This document shows, piece after piece, positions 9,692 to 20,645 of a stretch of 64,000 nucleotides of DNA. A program made the translations under genes and the position numbers. Positions within the stretch are counted from its first letter, which is position 1. Each line of letters starts with the position of its first letter. This DNA comes from an uncultured Candidatus Poseidoniales archaeon (GTDB taxonomy: Archaea; Thermoplasmatota; Poseidoniia; Poseidoniales; Thalassarchaeaceae): assembly GCA_964563355.1 (NCBI GenBank), contig CAZLVU010000004.1, positions 17,733 to 81,732 on the forward strand, read 5' to 3'. The notes beneath the pieces were generated by a model. That model saw only the letters and a program-made list of their open reading frames with translations. It searched no databases and was not told the origin of the DNA.

Positions 9692-11434
9692 ATGAGTAAG
9701 GAAAACGGATTGATTTACAGAATCTCAGGACCAGTTGTCACAGCCATCGGCATCTCGCCGAGAATGTACGAAGTGGTGAGAGTCGGCGATGAGGGATTGA
9801 TGGGAGAAGTGATTGAATTACACGGTGACCAGTCGGTCATTCAGGTATACGAGGAGACGTCAGGAATTAAACCCGGAGAGCCGGTGATTAGGACGGGGCA
9901 GACCCTATCCGTCAAGCTGGGTCCCGGCTTACTGACTCAAATCTATGACGGCATCCAGCGCCCTCTAGAGGACCTCGAGGCAACGATGGGCGTTTTCATC
10001 ACCAGAGGTGTTGATGCTGACGGACTTGACCTCTCTAAGAAGTGGGAGTTCAATGCTACAGTATCAGTGGGGGATGAGGTCAGCGGGGGCTCCGTGATTG
10101 GAGTGGTACAGGAGACCGAGACCGTCGAGCACAGGGTGATGGTGCCACCCGGAAACAGCGGCAAGGTTTCCAGCATCGACTCAGGCGAGTTCGACATCAC
10201 CACAACCGTTTGCAAGCTCGATGACGGTACCGAGATTGCCATGATGCAGGAGTGGCCGGTGCGAACTCCCCGACCCTTTGTCCAGAAGTACGCTCCCGAC
10301 GTCCCGCTAGTTACTGGGCAGAGAATTCTCGACTTCCTTTTCCCACTGGCCAAAGGTGGGACGGCTGGAATTCCCGGGCCCTTCGGGTCTGGCAAGACCG
10401 TGACGCAGCAGCAACTGGCCAAGTGGTCGGACGCGCAGATTGTCGTCTACATAGGATGCGGTGAGCGTGGCAACGAGATGACCGAGGTCCTAAGCGAGTT
10501 CCCCCACCTAATCGACCCAAACACGGGCAAGCCCCTGATGAACAGGACAACGATGATCGCAAACACATCAAACATGCCCGTGGCCGCCAGGGAGGCTTCC
10601 GTTTACACTGGCATCACCATCGCCGAATACTTCCGCGACATGGGTTACGACGTCGCACTAATGGCCGATTCGACTAGTAGATGGGCGGAGGCCATGCGCG
10701 AAATCTCTTCTCGGCTCGAGGAGATGCCCGGCGAGGAGGGTTATCCAGCCTATCTTTCAAGCAGGCTCGCTGAGTTCTACGAGAGAGCTGGTCGCGTGCA
10801 GACACTTTCAGGTGACGATGGCTCGGTCTCGGTCATCGGAGCTGTGTCCCCACCTGGTGGCGACATCTCCGAACCAGTCAGCCAAGGAACCCTTCGAATT
10901 GTCAAGGTTTTCTGGGGCTTGGATGCGGGTTTAGCTCGCCAACGCCACTTCCCTGCCATCAATTGGCTCAACTCGTACAGCCTGTATCCCCAAGCACTGG
11001 ATCAGTGGTACCGCGACAACATCGCTAGCGACTATCCAGAGGTGCGGACAAAAATCAGCAGCCTGTTGCAGGTTGAAGCGGAGCTCCAGGAGATCGTGCA
11101 ATTGGTCGGATCTGATGCGCTGCCCATCGACCAGCAGCTTACTCTGGAGGTAGCCCGGATGATTCGAGAATTCTTCTTGCAGCAAAACGCCTTCCATGAC
11201 GTCGACACATTCAGCACCCTGAACCTCCAGTACACTATGGCCAAAGCCATACTGGCCTTCCAAGAGGAGTCTGAGAAGGCCATTGCCGGTGGTGCCGGTC
11301 TAGAGGACGTAGTCAACGTTCCCGCGAGGACTGACCTGATGCGAGGGCGTTTCGAGCAAGGCTACACTGAGAGGATCGGTGAACTACTCGGAGAAATGTC
11401 GAAACAGATTGCCGGTACAATGGAGGACAACTAG
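9692..11434 (+). CDS. atpA: A/V-type ATP synthase subunit A (catalytic, no intein)
   Basis: Walker [37 protein letters not shown]. Confidence 0.98.
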   Translation: MSKENGLIYRISGPVVTAIGISPRMYEVVRVGDEGLMGEVIELHGDQSVIQVYEETSGIKPGEPVIRTGQTLSVKLGPGLLTQIYDGIQRPLEDLEATMGVFITRGVDADGLDLSKKWEFNATVSVGDEVSGGSVIGVVQETETVEHRVMVPPGNSGKVSSIDSGEFDITTTVCKLDDGTEIAMMQEWPVRTPRPFVQKYAPDVPLVTGQRILDFLFPLAKGGTAGIPGPFGSGKTVTQQQLAKWSDAQIVVYIGCGERGNEMTEVLSEFPHLIDPNTGKPLMNRTTMIANTSNMPVAAREASVYTGITIAEYFRDMGYDVALMADSTSRWAEAMREISSRLEEMPGEEGYPAYLSSRLAEFYERAGRVQTLSGDDGSVSVIGAVSPPGGDISEPVSQGTLRIVKVFWGLDAGLARQRHFPAINWLNSYSLYPQALDQWYRDNIASDYPEVRTKISSLLQVEAELQEIVQLVGSDALPIDQQLTLEVARMIREFFLQQNAFHDVDTFSTLNLQYTMAKAILAFQEESEKAIAGGAGLEDVVNVPARTDLMRGRFEQGYTERIGELLGEMSKQIAGTMEDN

Positions 11435-11446
11435 GGGGTGCGATGA

Positions 11447-12832
11447 ATGAGCGGAAAGGAATACAGGACAATAACAGACGTAAAGGGGCCGTTGGTCTTC
11501 CTCGAGAAGACTGAGCCCGTGGCCTTCGGTGAAATCGTGCAATTGCGACTATCTGATGGCTCAATGAAGAACGGACAGGTTCTAGATACCAGTGACGACC
11601 AAGTCATCGTCCAAGTCTTTGAGGGAACTGCTTCTGTGGACAAGCAAACCGGGGTCAAGTTCCTCGGAGACGTCTTCAGGCTACCGGTTAGCAAAGGACT
11701 GATTGGCCGCATCCTAGACGGAGCTGGTAAGCCAAGGGACGGTGGTCCGGAGATTGTGGCCGAGGACATGGCCGATATCATCGGTGCCGCTATCAACCCG
11801 TTCAGCCGCGAGAGCCCGGAGGAGTTCATTCAGACAGGGATTTCAGCAATTGACGCCTGCACAACTCTCGTTCGCGGGCAGAAGCTGCCGATCTTCTCTG
11901 CTTCGGGCCTACCTCACAATGACATCGCCCTTCAAATCGCACGCCAAGCCAAGCTTGTAGGGAGCGATGACGACTTCGTGGTTGTCTTCTGTGCAATGGG
12001 AATAACTGCTGAGGAGTACAACTTCTTCGTCCATGACCTCGAGCGCACGGGCGCACTGGAAAACGCGGTTCTGTTCGTCAATCTAGCTGATGACCCAGCT
12101 GTCGAGAGGCTAATCACTCCAAGATTGGCGCTGACTGCTGCGGAATACCTTGCTTTCGAGCATGACTACCACGTTCTGGTCATCTATACTGACATGACCA
12201 ATTACTGCGAGTCACTCAGGCAGATAGGTGCCGCCCGTGAAGAGGTACCGGGAAGACGTGGTTACCCCGGATACATGTACACCGACCTAGCAATGCTCTA
12301 TGAGCGCGCTGGCATAGTGAAAGGGAAGAAAGGAAGCATCACGCAATTCCCCATCCTTACCATGCCCGGTGACGACATAACCCACCCAATTCCTGACCTC
12401 TCGGGCTACATCACTGAGGGTCAAATAGTAATCTCGCGCGAGCTGCATCAAAAGGGGATATACCCGCCCATCAACGTCCTTCCGTCGCTATCACGACTGA
12501 TGAACGCGGGCATTGGCGAGGGCAAGACCAGGGAGGATCACAAGTCTGTCTCCGACCAGCTTTACGCCGCCTACGCACAGGGTCGCGAGCTCCGTGGGCT
12601 TGTTGCCATCGTTGGCGAGGACGCCCTGAACGAACGTGACCTGCAGCTGCTGAAGTTCGCTGACGTCTTCGAGGACCAGTTCCTGAGACAGAGCCGTGAC
12701 GACGATCGCTCTATCGACGAGGGAACGCTTGATCTCGCATGGAGCCTCCTGACGAACATCGACACGAAGTACCTCGTAAGGCTCGATCAGAAATGGATCG
12801 ACAAGTATCACCCCACCGAGAAGAAGTCATGA
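11447..12832 (+). CDS. atpB: A/V-type ATP synthase subunit B
   Basis: [35 protein letters not shown]. Confidence 0.98.
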   Translation: MSGKEYRTITDVKGPLVFLEKTEPVAFGEIVQLRLSDGSMKNGQVLDTSDDQVIVQVFEGTASVDKQTGVKFLGDVFRLPVSKGLIGRILDGAGKPRDGGPEIVAEDMADIIGAAINPFSRESPEEFIQTGISAIDACTTLVRGQKLPIFSASGLPHNDIALQIARQAKLVGSDDDFVVVFCAMGITAEEYNFFVHDLERTGALENAVLFVNLADDPAVERLITPRLALTAAEYLAFEHDYHVLVIYTDMTNYCESLRQIGAAREEVPGRRGYPGYMYTDLAMLYERAGIVKGKKGSITQFPILTMPGDDITHPIPDLSGYITEGQIVISRELHQKGIYPPINVLPSLSRLMNAGIGEGKTREDHKSVSDQLYAAYAQGRELRGLVAIVGEDALNERDLQLLKFADVFEDQFLRQSRDDDRSIDEGTLDLAWSLLTNIDTKYLVRLDQKWIDKYHPTEKKS

Positions 12833-12856
12833 TCAGGAGTTAGTCACTGAGGAGGT

Positions 12857-13480
12857 ATGGGCATGGCGCTTGACATCAAACCCACCCGTAGCGAGCTGAT
12901 TAACCTCAAGAGGCGGATCAAGCAGACCCAGAATGGCTACAACCTACTCAAGATGAAGCGTGATGGCCTCTTCCACGAGTTCAGGGCTCTGCTGTCCGAG
13001 ATGATCGCGGCCCGAGAGGAACTCGTTGGAACCTACAGGGAAGCGGTGCAGTCAATCAGCCTAGCCAGTTCGATCGAGGGTGGACTAGCGGTAAAGAGCG
13101 CGGCAATTGCGATCTCGCGGCATCCTGAGGTCACTGTTACTCGACGCAACATAATGGGAGTAGTAGTTCCGAGCGTGGTAGGCACGAACCTAACCACCTC
13201 AATTGACGATCGTGGAACTGGAATGATCGGGGGTTCAGCCTACATCGACGAGGCTTCTGATGCATACTCCAAGCTAATCGAGAAGGTTGTGAAGGCTGCC
13301 GAGATGGAGGCCACTCTGAAGAGGCTGCTCGTCGAGATTGAAGCTACCAAGCGAAGAGTCAACGCACTAGAATACGTTGTTATTCCACAAATGGAGGAAG
13401 CGCGAAACTTCATCCAGCTCCGTTTAGAAGAGATGGAGCGCGAGGAGACCTTCAGACTGAAGAGATTCAAGAACAAATGA
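12857..13480 (+). CDS. atpD: A/V-type ATP synthase subunit D
   Basis: PTRSEL, LLKMKRDGL, TKRRVNALE, LEEMERE. Confidence 0.97.
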   Translation: MGMALDIKPTRSELINLKRRIKQTQNGYNLLKMKRDGLFHEFRALLSEMIAAREELVGTYREAVQSISLASSIEGGLAVKSAAIAISRHPEVTVTRRNIMGVVVPSVVGTNLTTSIDDRGTGMIGGSAYIDEASDAYSKLIEKVVKAAEMEATLKRLLVEIEATKRRVNALEYVVIPQMEEARNFIQLRLEEMEREETFRLKRFKNK

Positions 13481-13551
13481 GGATTTGCGGTCCTCGACTT
13501 TAGAGCGAGGGGTCAAATCTGACTTCCCTCAGGGACTGCTTAGGTGATTGC

Positions 13552-15963
13552 GTGAGTGAGTCTGAATCCATGGTCCTCGACACCGAGACATGGGGTGGCC
13601 AGGAATTCTTCGAGGTCATTGCCTCTAGGTACTTTGAGCTTGGAAACGAGGGGCCATTACCAACTTCTTGGGAAGCCCGAGGGATTGGTGGTGCGAGCGC
13701 CAGCGACCAGTTGGTCCAGCTGAACGATCACCTTGGCCCGCTGGGAATGATTGGGGCGCTTGATCGTAGCAATCCCCCCGTGCTTTCAATTGCAGGTTAT
13801 CCTGGAGGGCAGTTCGTACTGGGGAACTGGCATCAGTCGATCGTTTGGATTCTGATGGCCGGATTCATGACCATCGTAGGTGCAGAATGGGTTGGAAGGT
13901 ATGTTTCCGATACGGGTCCATTCGGGTTTGGGGTTTATGGTCAATCAATTGTTTTCTTTACCGCTCCCATAGTAATCACTCTACTTTCCGCCAGTTTTCT
14001 CAGAATCCTTGTTTCCCGAAGATTTGGGGTGGAAACCGGGCACATTATGCCCATTGTCTTCCCATTTGCAAATGCGATATGGCCGTTTGGGGTCATCGGA
14101 GCCGTTAGTCAGCGTCGCACTGATATGGTGCCCATCCCAAATCGAAGGGCTCTAGGGCTGATTGAGGTCGTAGCCCCACTGACACTATTCCTAACGGGGA
14201 CGGCTTTGACGATCATTGGGGTTAGTATGACGTCCAGCGTTCCACCGGCCCTGGAAGAGGGGCCTGTGGTCTTCCAAAGCAATCTGGTGACTCGGTTGCT
14301 TGCGGACTCATGGCTTGGCGATGAGTACGCCATCCGCCTACAGTGGCTTCACCCAACGGGGATAGCGGGAATTGGGTTGTCGGCCGTCGGCTGGATACTG
14401 TTGCTTCCGGTTCCTGGATTCCCCGGTGACCGCGCCCTGCATTCCATCGTGGGGCCTTCGGAGATGCGAGAGGGGGGGATTCAGACGCCCATATTCATAG
14501 CGATGCTGGGCGTTCTGGTTTTCGTGCTTGCAACTTCTGAATACTCGGCCTGGATTTTCCTCGCAGTAGTAGGGGCTTGGCAGAGATTCAGCCCTGAGAA
14601 CATCCCCCACCCCCTTGTGCTGGACGAGCATGCAGGGTTGAATGAGGAATTCAGGAGGGGGCTGATTTCCATGGTGCTGATAATTCTGATTGCTGGTTTT
14701 CCCGGAGCCATGCCATCTAGCGAATTGGAAAATTTCGACGCTGGTCTGTCCACTGGGGCATGGCCGGTGGAAATGCGTGTTTCCCCGGGAGAGGAGGCTG
14801 AGCTCAAACTTGTCCTGGAGCCTGAGGGGGTTTTGCCTGTGAGCGGTTGGATTCAGGTGAGGGTTGAAGGTTCGTTTGCCGACCAATGGGATCTGTCAGC
14901 AGAATGTATCGACTCATCGGGAATTTGCAGGTTCTCCGGAGTTATACAAGCCGACAAAGGGGAAGTTACGATCACAATAACCCCTCCACAGACGCTATTC
15001 GTTCCTCATGCGCTGAGAATCCTAATTGACGTGCCCGGAAACCAGAAGGAGCACGTGATCGAACTGCTTAACGATAGCTCATCGGGACCGATGCAGCCGT
15101 TCTGGGAGTTGACCGATGATGGGGAGAGACCGGAAATTTGCATCACTGTGAATATAGTCGGGGAAGTCGGGTCATTGAACGCCAGTGACCCGTACTGGCA
15201 ATTTGCTAATGGCTCTGAATTGGATTTGGGAGAGAGTCAAGTTTGCATGATTGGGCACGAGGGCGCTATCCAATCGTTGACCCGTGTTGATGCCCAGAAT
15301 AGGAAAATCGGACCCGAGGTGTCCTTCCACCGGGAGAATCATACCAGTGTCACATGGAACATGGCAATCGAGGGCTCGGAGCCGAAAGTACAGGTTTTCG
15401 AGGATCAGTGGTTACTTCCGAGTTGGTTCGCCTCGGAGACGGGGGTTGTGATCAATCATGCCGACAGTGGCGAGCCATTCTGCCCCTCTAGCGAAACGGT
15501 GGCTGAAATCGACACTAGCTCGAACTGGACTCGGGTTATGGAAGACCACGTACCAATCAGGATAATCGGGAACCTGCAAGGAAACGGCTCAATGGGGCTG
15601 GGGGCTACTGGTTGGATGGCAGTTTGTTCGGACGACGGGGCTATGTCTCCCTACAGGATCGTGGAGGGTGTTGACGTTTTGGTCCACCCAGGAGCGGTCG
15701 ACGAGGGCATTGATCTAACCGAGTTCGTCGTTCATAACAGAGGTGAACAGCGCCTAACTGTAGGAGTTGAGTGGCACGGCGATTCCCCACAGAGCGGAAT
15801 CTGGAACGTGTCAATACCGAGCCACATTGAACCTGGAGCGAGCGCGGGCATGGCAGCAATTCCAATGGGGGAGCTGGCTCTGGCCAGATCGGTTTGGATT
15901 TCTGCTGAGGCCTCGGGGATTACCTTGCACCTATCAGCGAGATGCCCACTGTCGGGGTGCTAA
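13552..15963 (+). CDS. Site-2 protease (M50)-like membrane protein, catalytic motifs degenerate, with large C-terminal beta-rich domain
   Basis: M50-like segments (RRFGV..., PFGVIGAV, IPNRRAL..I..VAPL, LHPTGIAG, LLLPV) without HExxH or LDG; ~400 aa soluble C-terminus. Confidence 0.7.
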   Translation: MSESESMVLDTETWGGQEFFEVIASRYFELGNEGPLPTSWEARGIGGASASDQLVQLNDHLGPLGMIGALDRSNPPVLSIAGYPGGQFVLGNWHQSIVWILMAGFMTIVGAEWVGRYVSDTGPFGFGVYGQSIVFFTAPIVITLLSASFLRILVSRRFGVETGHIMPIVFPFANAIWPFGVIGAVSQRRTDMVPIPNRRALGLIEVVAPLTLFLTGTALTIIGVSMTSSVPPALEEGPVVFQSNLVTRLLADSWLGDEYAIRLQWLHPTGIAGIGLSAVGWILLLPVPGFPGDRALHSIVGPSEMREGGIQTPIFIAMLGVLVFVLATSEYSAWIFLAVVGAWQRFSPENIPHPLVLDEHAGLNEEFRRGLISMVLIILIAGFPGAMPSSELENFDAGLSTGAWPVEMRVSPGEEAELKLVLEPEGVLPVSGWIQVRVEGSFADQWDLSAECIDSSGICRFSGVIQADKGEVTITITPPQTLFVPHALRILIDVPGNQKEHVIELLNDSSSGPMQPFWELTDDGERPEICITVNIVGEVGSLNASDPYWQFANGSELDLGESQVCMIGHEGAIQSLTRVDAQNRKIGPEVSFHRENHTSVTWNMAIEGSEPKVQVFEDQWLLPSWFASETGVVINHADSGEPFCPSSETVAEIDTSSNWTRVMEDHVPIRIIGNLQGNGSMGLGATGWMAVCSDDGAMSPYRIVEGVDVLVHPGAVDEGIDLTEFVVHNRGEQRLTVGVEWHGDSPQSGIWNVSIPSHIEPGASAGMAAIPMGELALARSVWISAEASGITLHLSARCPLSGC

Positions 15964-15965
15964 AG

Positions 15966-16916
15966 ATGCGCATTGCCATCCTCGGGGTTGGATCTCTGGG
16001 AGGGGTACTCGTAGGTTCTCTTTCAGACACTGAAGCCGAATTGTTGTGCGTATCCAGAGGAGAGACGGCAGCTTCCTTGGAACTTGGGCTGGTTGTCCAC
16101 TCACCCGAGGGGGCGATAGAGATGGTTCCTTCGGACCGCTACGAAGTCGTTGACAGCGAAGTGGGCCCGATTTCAAACTCCCACATGGGATCGTGTGATG
16201 TGGCAATAATCACCGGGAAGGCGTCATCGACCCCGGTTCTTGCGTCAATTGCGGAGGAGTTACTGGCTCCCGGGGGAATGGGCATGAGCATCCAGAACGG
16301 CTTGGGGCATGCCGAAGCGTTATCGTCCCGGATAGGGGCTCACCGAGTTCTGGGGGGGTCGACCACGCACTCCGCATGGAGGGACGGGGGCGGGGTCGTT
16401 CACTGGTCAGGAAGAGGGTCGGTGAGCCTGGGAAATCATGATGGATCCGACCCTGGCGAAGTTGCCTCGAATCTTCTATCCGCTCTGGGGGAGGCTGGAC
16501 TCAATCCAAAATGGTCATCAGACATTGAGAGTGAGATATGGAGGAAGCTGCTGATAAATGTGGCAATTAACCCAGTGTGCGCTATTGCTGGAGTGAGAAA
16601 CGGAGCATTGGCTGAAGTCCCTGAGCTGTGGGAGCAGTCGATAGGAGCTATGAGGGAGGCTGAGACAGTAGCCAAAGCGGCAGGAATTAATCTTGGAGAG
16701 ATTGACCCGGAAGAGTTTCTTCGAAAGGTTGTGTTGGCCACGGCAGAAAATCGCGTCTCGATGCTGCAGGACCTTATGGCTGGAAGGAGGACTGAAATCG
16801 ATGTTCTTTGCGGTGCAGTGGTCAGCAGGGGCCGGGAGCTGAGGATTCCCACGCCGCGAAACGAGATGCTGTTAGCCCTGGTAAGAGGGATTGAGATGTC
16901 GCAGCACTACGACTAG
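15966..16916 (+). CDS. panE: 2-dehydropantoate 2-reductase
   Basis: MRIAILGVGSLG, QNGLG, IWRKLLINVAINP, SMLQD....RTEID..CG. Confidence 0.93.
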   Translation: MRIAILGVGSLGGVLVGSLSDTEAELLCVSRGETAASLELGLVVHSPEGAIEMVPSDRYEVVDSEVGPISNSHMGSCDVAIITGKASSTPVLASIAEELLAPGGMGMSIQNGLGHAEALSSRIGAHRVLGGSTTHSAWRDGGGVVHWSGRGSVSLGNHDGSDPGEVASNLLSALGEAGLNPKWSSDIESEIWRKLLINVAINPVCAIAGVRNGALAEVPELWEQSIGAMREAETVAKAAGINLGEIDPEEFLRKVVLATAENRVSMLQDLMAGRRTEIDVLCGAVVSRGRELRIPTPRNEMLLALVRGIEMSQHYD

Positions 16917-16953
16917 GGGGTCGTCGTGTCTTGGGACAGTGCGGAACCTTCCA

Positions 16954-17847
16954 TCAACGTTGGCAGGTTGGGCAGTAGAATGTCGATCTGTTCGACTGCA
17001 CGATTCTTCTCACGGTGCCGGAGCAACCCCCATTGAGGCAAGGTTCGCCTTCCCTGCCGTAAACGAGGAAGCTATGAGAGAAGTAGCCCAACGCCTGATC
17101 GCCATCTACTCCTCGGAAATCCTGTAATGTTGAGCCTCCGGCGTCAATGGCCTCGGTGATGACATCGTGAGTGGCGCCCGTAATCCTATCGATTCGTGAC
17201 GGCACGCCAGATTTCCCTGCAACGCTGGCTGCTGATCTCTTTGGCGATGTTCCTGCTCGGTGAAGGATCTCGCAGACGTAGATATTGCCAAGGCCCGCGA
17301 CCGTTCTTTGATCGAGCAGAGCTGATTTGATCGGGGTGTTTCGGTTCCGTAGTCTCTCAGCGAGATCGTGTGGGGTCAGATTGTCGGGTGTGGGTTCTGG
17401 CCCTATGTTTGCCAATAGCCTGTGACTGTTCTGTTCGTGCGTGGGGAAGCAATCCATGATCCCAAATCTTCGATGGTCGGAGAAGACCGCCTTGCTACCT
17501 TGATCCAGATGAACGACTACCCAATCATGTGGCCCGTCACCACTGCCAACAGATGCGCCGTTTGCGAATCTGCCTGGCCTGCTCTCGATGCCATCCCCCA
17601 AGAGGGTCCACCTCCCACTCATGCCCAAATGGCAAAGCCAAGTCTGGCCTCCCTCCAGCCTGATTAACAGGTACTTAGCCCTGCGATCGACGCCCTCCAC
17701 CACTCTGCCTGACAGGCATTGAGCAAAATTGGGGGGGAATGGAAACCGAAGGCCGGATCTACGAAGTTCCACCTCGATGATTTCATGGCCAACTAGGTGT
17801 CGCTCAAGTCCACGACGGACTGTCTCTACCTCTGGCAACTCGGGCAC
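16954..17847 (-). CDS. mutM: Formamidopyrimidine-DNA glycosylase (Fpg)
   Basis: GTG-PELPEVET N-terminus, RRAKY, HLGMSG, H2TH GLGNIY, zinc finger C..C...RSTFYCPTCQR. Confidence 0.96.
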   Translation of the reverse strand: MPELPEVETVRRGLERHLVGHEIIEVELRRSGLRFPFPPNFAQCLSGRVVEGVDRRAKYLLIRLEGGQTWLCHLGMSGRWTLLGDGIESRPGRFANGASVGSGDGPHDWVVVHLDQGSKAVFSDHRRFGIMDCFPTHEQNSHRLLANIGPEPTPDNLTPHDLAERLRNRNTPIKSALLDQRTVAGLGNIYVCEILHRAGTSPKRSAASVAGKSGVPSRIDRITGATHDVITEAIDAGGSTLQDFRGVDGDQALGYFSHSFLVYGREGEPCLNGGCSGTVRRIVQSNRSTFYCPTCQR

Positions 17848-17935
17848 AGGTCCGAGAATGTGTGCATGGTCATTACTCTTCGTAAGAGTAAAAGAAGACG
17901 ATACAATTAATCGACAAGGGCCTATCTGCGAGCGC

Positions 17936-18364
17936 ATGAAAGATGAGCTGCCTGACTGGGTCACCTCGGAAACTGATGAGGGAGGGGATGGCCCTCCCGA
18001 AACAGTCGTGGTTTTCGAGGGGAGCCCGAGCGAGGGTGACGAGGCACCTGGGCCGTCCGAACAAATCTACGTTCAGGCGGGGGGGCCATACAGCGCGCCG
18101 GGGATTATGCCCGCCACAAACGCTACTGTGGCTCTGGTTTTGTCCATACTTGGTGTGCTTTTGTGCTGCCTGTTGCTTCCAGTTAGCCTAGTTCTTGCCA
18201 ATGGCGCCCTATCCATAACAAACCAGAACCAGGGGCACCCTGACCAAGGAGTGGCTAAAGCGGCACAGATTGTTTCGTGGGTAGGCATTGGGATTTACGC
18301 GGTGGTATTGTTAATCTACGGTGGGATAATTATGGCATTGATCCTAGGTGGGTCCGCTGTCTGA
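17936..18364 (+). CDS. Small membrane protein (DUF4190-like)
   Basis: Acidic Pro-rich N-terminus followed by ATVALVLSILG..CC..., AKAAQIVSWVG two-helix hairpin. Confidence 0.6.
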   Translation: MKDELPDWVTSETDEGGDGPPETVVVFEGSPSEGDEAPGPSEQIYVQAGGPYSAPGIMPATNATVALVLSILGVLLCCLLLPVSLVLANGALSITNQNQGHPDQGVAKAAQIVSWVGIGIYAVVLLIYGGIIMALILGGSAV

Positions 18365-19018
18365 CACGCACCTGAACAACACGTGCTGCTCCTCCAACCC
18401 AGTTAGGTCTATTCTCTCCAATATCTCCATTTCGGATGAGGCGATAATTCTCTGAGCCTTAGCAAATCGGGAGTTGTCGTCTCCCTCTGACGCCCGTTCG
18501 CTGGCTGCCTTCAGGCTCAGAAGCCCGACCCCTCCTGATTTCAAAAAAAATGATGCCATCCTTACGAAGGTCTCGGCTTGATCAGGGATGCTGAGATCCT
18601 GATGCAGCCAGTCTGCCTTCTTCCTAATGAACGGTAATACTTGTCCAGGCCATCGTGCATCTCCCAACACAGGGACAAGACCGCTCCTCCTCTCTGACAA
18701 TGCTGCCAAGTCCCTCATCATCCTCGGTGAGATTTCGACTGCAACCACCTGACCGCCGTGATGGTTGTCAGATCCACAGACCAAATCGTGGATATGGCTG
18801 ACTGTGCCGCCACTTGATGCACCCAGATAGAGGCAGGTGGAGCCGGGTTCTGGTATGATATCAGAGGGGTTGTCCTTCGTCCTAAGTATAGAAGCTGCAA
18901 CTTTGGATTTTGTGGGGTCCCACTTCCTCCACTCGATTCTGCCATCCCTCTTCCGTCGTTCCCCCCTGACGGAGACGCCCCTGACCGCGTTCCGGGTCCA
19001 TATGGACCTGCCCTCCAT
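18344..19018 (-). CDS. flpA: Fibrillarin-like rRNA/tRNA 2'-O-methyltransferase
   Basis: WDPTKSKVAA, LYLGASSGGTVSHI.D, AVEISPR, P.LGDAR, QDLSIPDQA. True start may be up to 13 codons upstream. Confidence 0.93.
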   Translation of the reverse strand: MEGRSIWTRNAVRGVSVRGERRKRDGRIEWRKWDPTKSKVAASILRTKDNPSDIIPEPGSTCLYLGASSGGTVSHIHDLVCGSDNHHGGQVVAVEISPRMMRDLAALSERRSGLVPVLGDARWPGQVLPFIRKKADWLHQDLSIPDQAETFVRMASFFLKSGGVGLLSLKAASERASEGDDNSRFAKAQRIIASSEMEILERIDLTGLEEQHVLFRCVSDSGPT

Positions 19019-19061
19019 CCGGACACCCCAGCCGAGCGAGACTTGTTTGGATCGCAGTCAA

Positions 19062-20066
19062 TCACCGCCTCTTTGGCGGCCTGGGGAACTTTGCCTTTAT
19101 TGCCTCGACCTCGTTGTTGATCTGGTCTATCTCAGCCTTCCCCCAGGCTTTTCCACCGAAGTGGTCCACCCTTGCTGCGATGCTGGCTTTTCCGGCAATG
19201 AAACGTGCGATTTTTCCTCGAACCCAACGAGGGGATCTACTGACCTGTGGCATTGAGAAGAGGATTGCCCCGTGCTTGGGAGGGGGGGCTCCTCGTCTGT
19301 GGGCGGACATCGCGGCTTGCGCGCCCAGAACCTGCAATGACCCAGAGGGCATTCTGGCTAGCCTCTCCCTGCCTCCGGCCAAGACAACAAGTTTGGCAGA
19401 TCCCAGAGGACCCATTAGGGCGCTTAGAGAGGGGATGTGGGACTCAGCAATTTCCCGGATCGCTTCCTCGTGCTCATCGAGACTACGGGTCAACGACACT
19501 ACCAGGTGGGCATGATTCTGGAGGGCCTTCCACTCTGCGTCCGATGGTTTTTGGGAGGGGTCGGACACCCCTAGTAACTGGGCGGCCCCTGAGATATCAG
19601 ATGCCTCGGATATTGCTTTTGGGATCTCGTCCCTCTGGAGATCTAGGTCAGCTTCGGAAATGAACAGTCCTGACCATTCGACGCAACGTGCCTCGCTGGT
19701 AGTCCATGCGGATCTGAGTTCAATTGTTGCAGAAACTAGCATATCCAGACGACGATCTGGATTCTCGGCGGCATCAGCTACTCCCTTCCTGGCGAGGAAA
19801 TTGGATGCTTCATTCACGAGACGGTCCTCATCATCGTCACTTGGTGGCCAATCGGGGTCTGAAATCGAGCCGAGAGGGTCAAGAATTGCATCTGGAAACC
19901 GATCCATCAAGTCCCTGACCTCAGGCAAAATTCTTCCATTCTGCGTCATTGAGAGCCTGTTTGCTACGCTTGAGGCAGTCCTACGACCGTCCCAAACCAC
20001 CTCGTCTAAGATGTTGCCAACCTGATCGATTACCCGCGCCAGTCTCCAATCATAGTGAATTTTCAC
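19062..20066 (-). CDS. Nop5/Nop56-58 C/D box RNP scaffold
   Basis: Nop domain PSLSALMG..GSAKL..AGG..RLARMPSGSLQVLGA..PPKHG..RGKIAR..AGKASIAARVD; adjacent to fibrillarin. Confidence 0.9.
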   Translation of the reverse strand: MKIHYDWRLARVIDQVGNILDEVVWDGRRTASSVANRLSMTQNGRILPEVRDLMDRFPDAILDPLGSISDPDWPPSDDDEDRLVNEASNFLARKGVADAAENPDRRLDMLVSATIELRSAWTTSEARCVEWSGLFISEADLDLQRDEIPKAISEASDISGAAQLLGVSDPSQKPSDAEWKALQNHAHLVVSLTRSLDEHEEAIREIAESHIPSLSALMGPLGSAKLVVLAGGRERLARMPSGSLQVLGAQAAMSAHRRGAPPPKHGAILFSMPQVSRSPRWVRGKIARFIAGKASIAARVDHFGGKAWGKAEIDQINNEVEAIKAKFPRPPKRR

Positions 20067-20194
20067 ACCATGTCCAAGGAGTGTTGTCGCTTGAACGGTA
20101 CGGAAGTGCAGGAAATTACTGAATCGAATAGTTGAATAGTCGGTTTGCTCACGATGACTCGGTTCGCGTTAATGCGATTCTAGCTAGTGAGAGC

Positions 20195-20575
20195 ATGTTC
20201 TGTCCTGAGTGTGGTGCATTGTCATACCCTGACGGGAGGGGCTGGATCAAGTGTCCCGATTACAAATGCGGATACGAGGGCCCACTTTCTGGAACGGACG
20301 GAAGAGGTTCTGAGTTTACCGACCCAATGACTGGCGAGACCATAGACCTCTCAAAAGCCATGGCAACGACCGGTTCAAAATCCTTGAAACACCTAACTGA
20401 GGTGGTTGAAGAGGATGGGCCTAGGGGGACGTTGAGAGTCGGTGACTACCTTTGCCCGAAGTGTGATGGTGACCGAGCCTTTGTCGAGCTGCGTCAGACT
20501 AGGGCCTCGGATGAACCCGAGACCAAGATTTGCACGTGTGAAACGTGCGGCCAAAGGTGGCGGGAGTACCAATAG
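20195..20575 (+). CDS. tfs: Transcription factor S (RpoM/TFIIS-like)
   Basis: MFCPECG zinc ribbon and C-terminal CPKC...QTRASDEPET..C..C...WRE. Confidence 0.92.
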   Translation: MFCPECGALSYPDGRGWIKCPDYKCGYEGPLSGTDGRGSEFTDPMTGETIDLSKAMATTGSKSLKHLTEVVEEDGPRGTLRVGDYLCPKCDGDRAFVELRQTRASDEPETKICTCETCGQRWREYQ

Positions 20576-20645
20576 AGGACGGGTGTTTGCTGCCAACAAG
20601 CATCAAGAGCCTTCTTTTTCTAAGGGAAATGGGGTGAGGAGTCTG

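Noticed and set aside
9692..12832. Inteins in ATPase A/B
   Set aside because: Lengths (580 and 461 aa) and motifs are continuous.
18543..18550. A8 homopolymer in fibrillarin as a slippage or phase-variation site
   Set aside because: The frame is intact and the tract simply encodes Phe-Phe-Leu.
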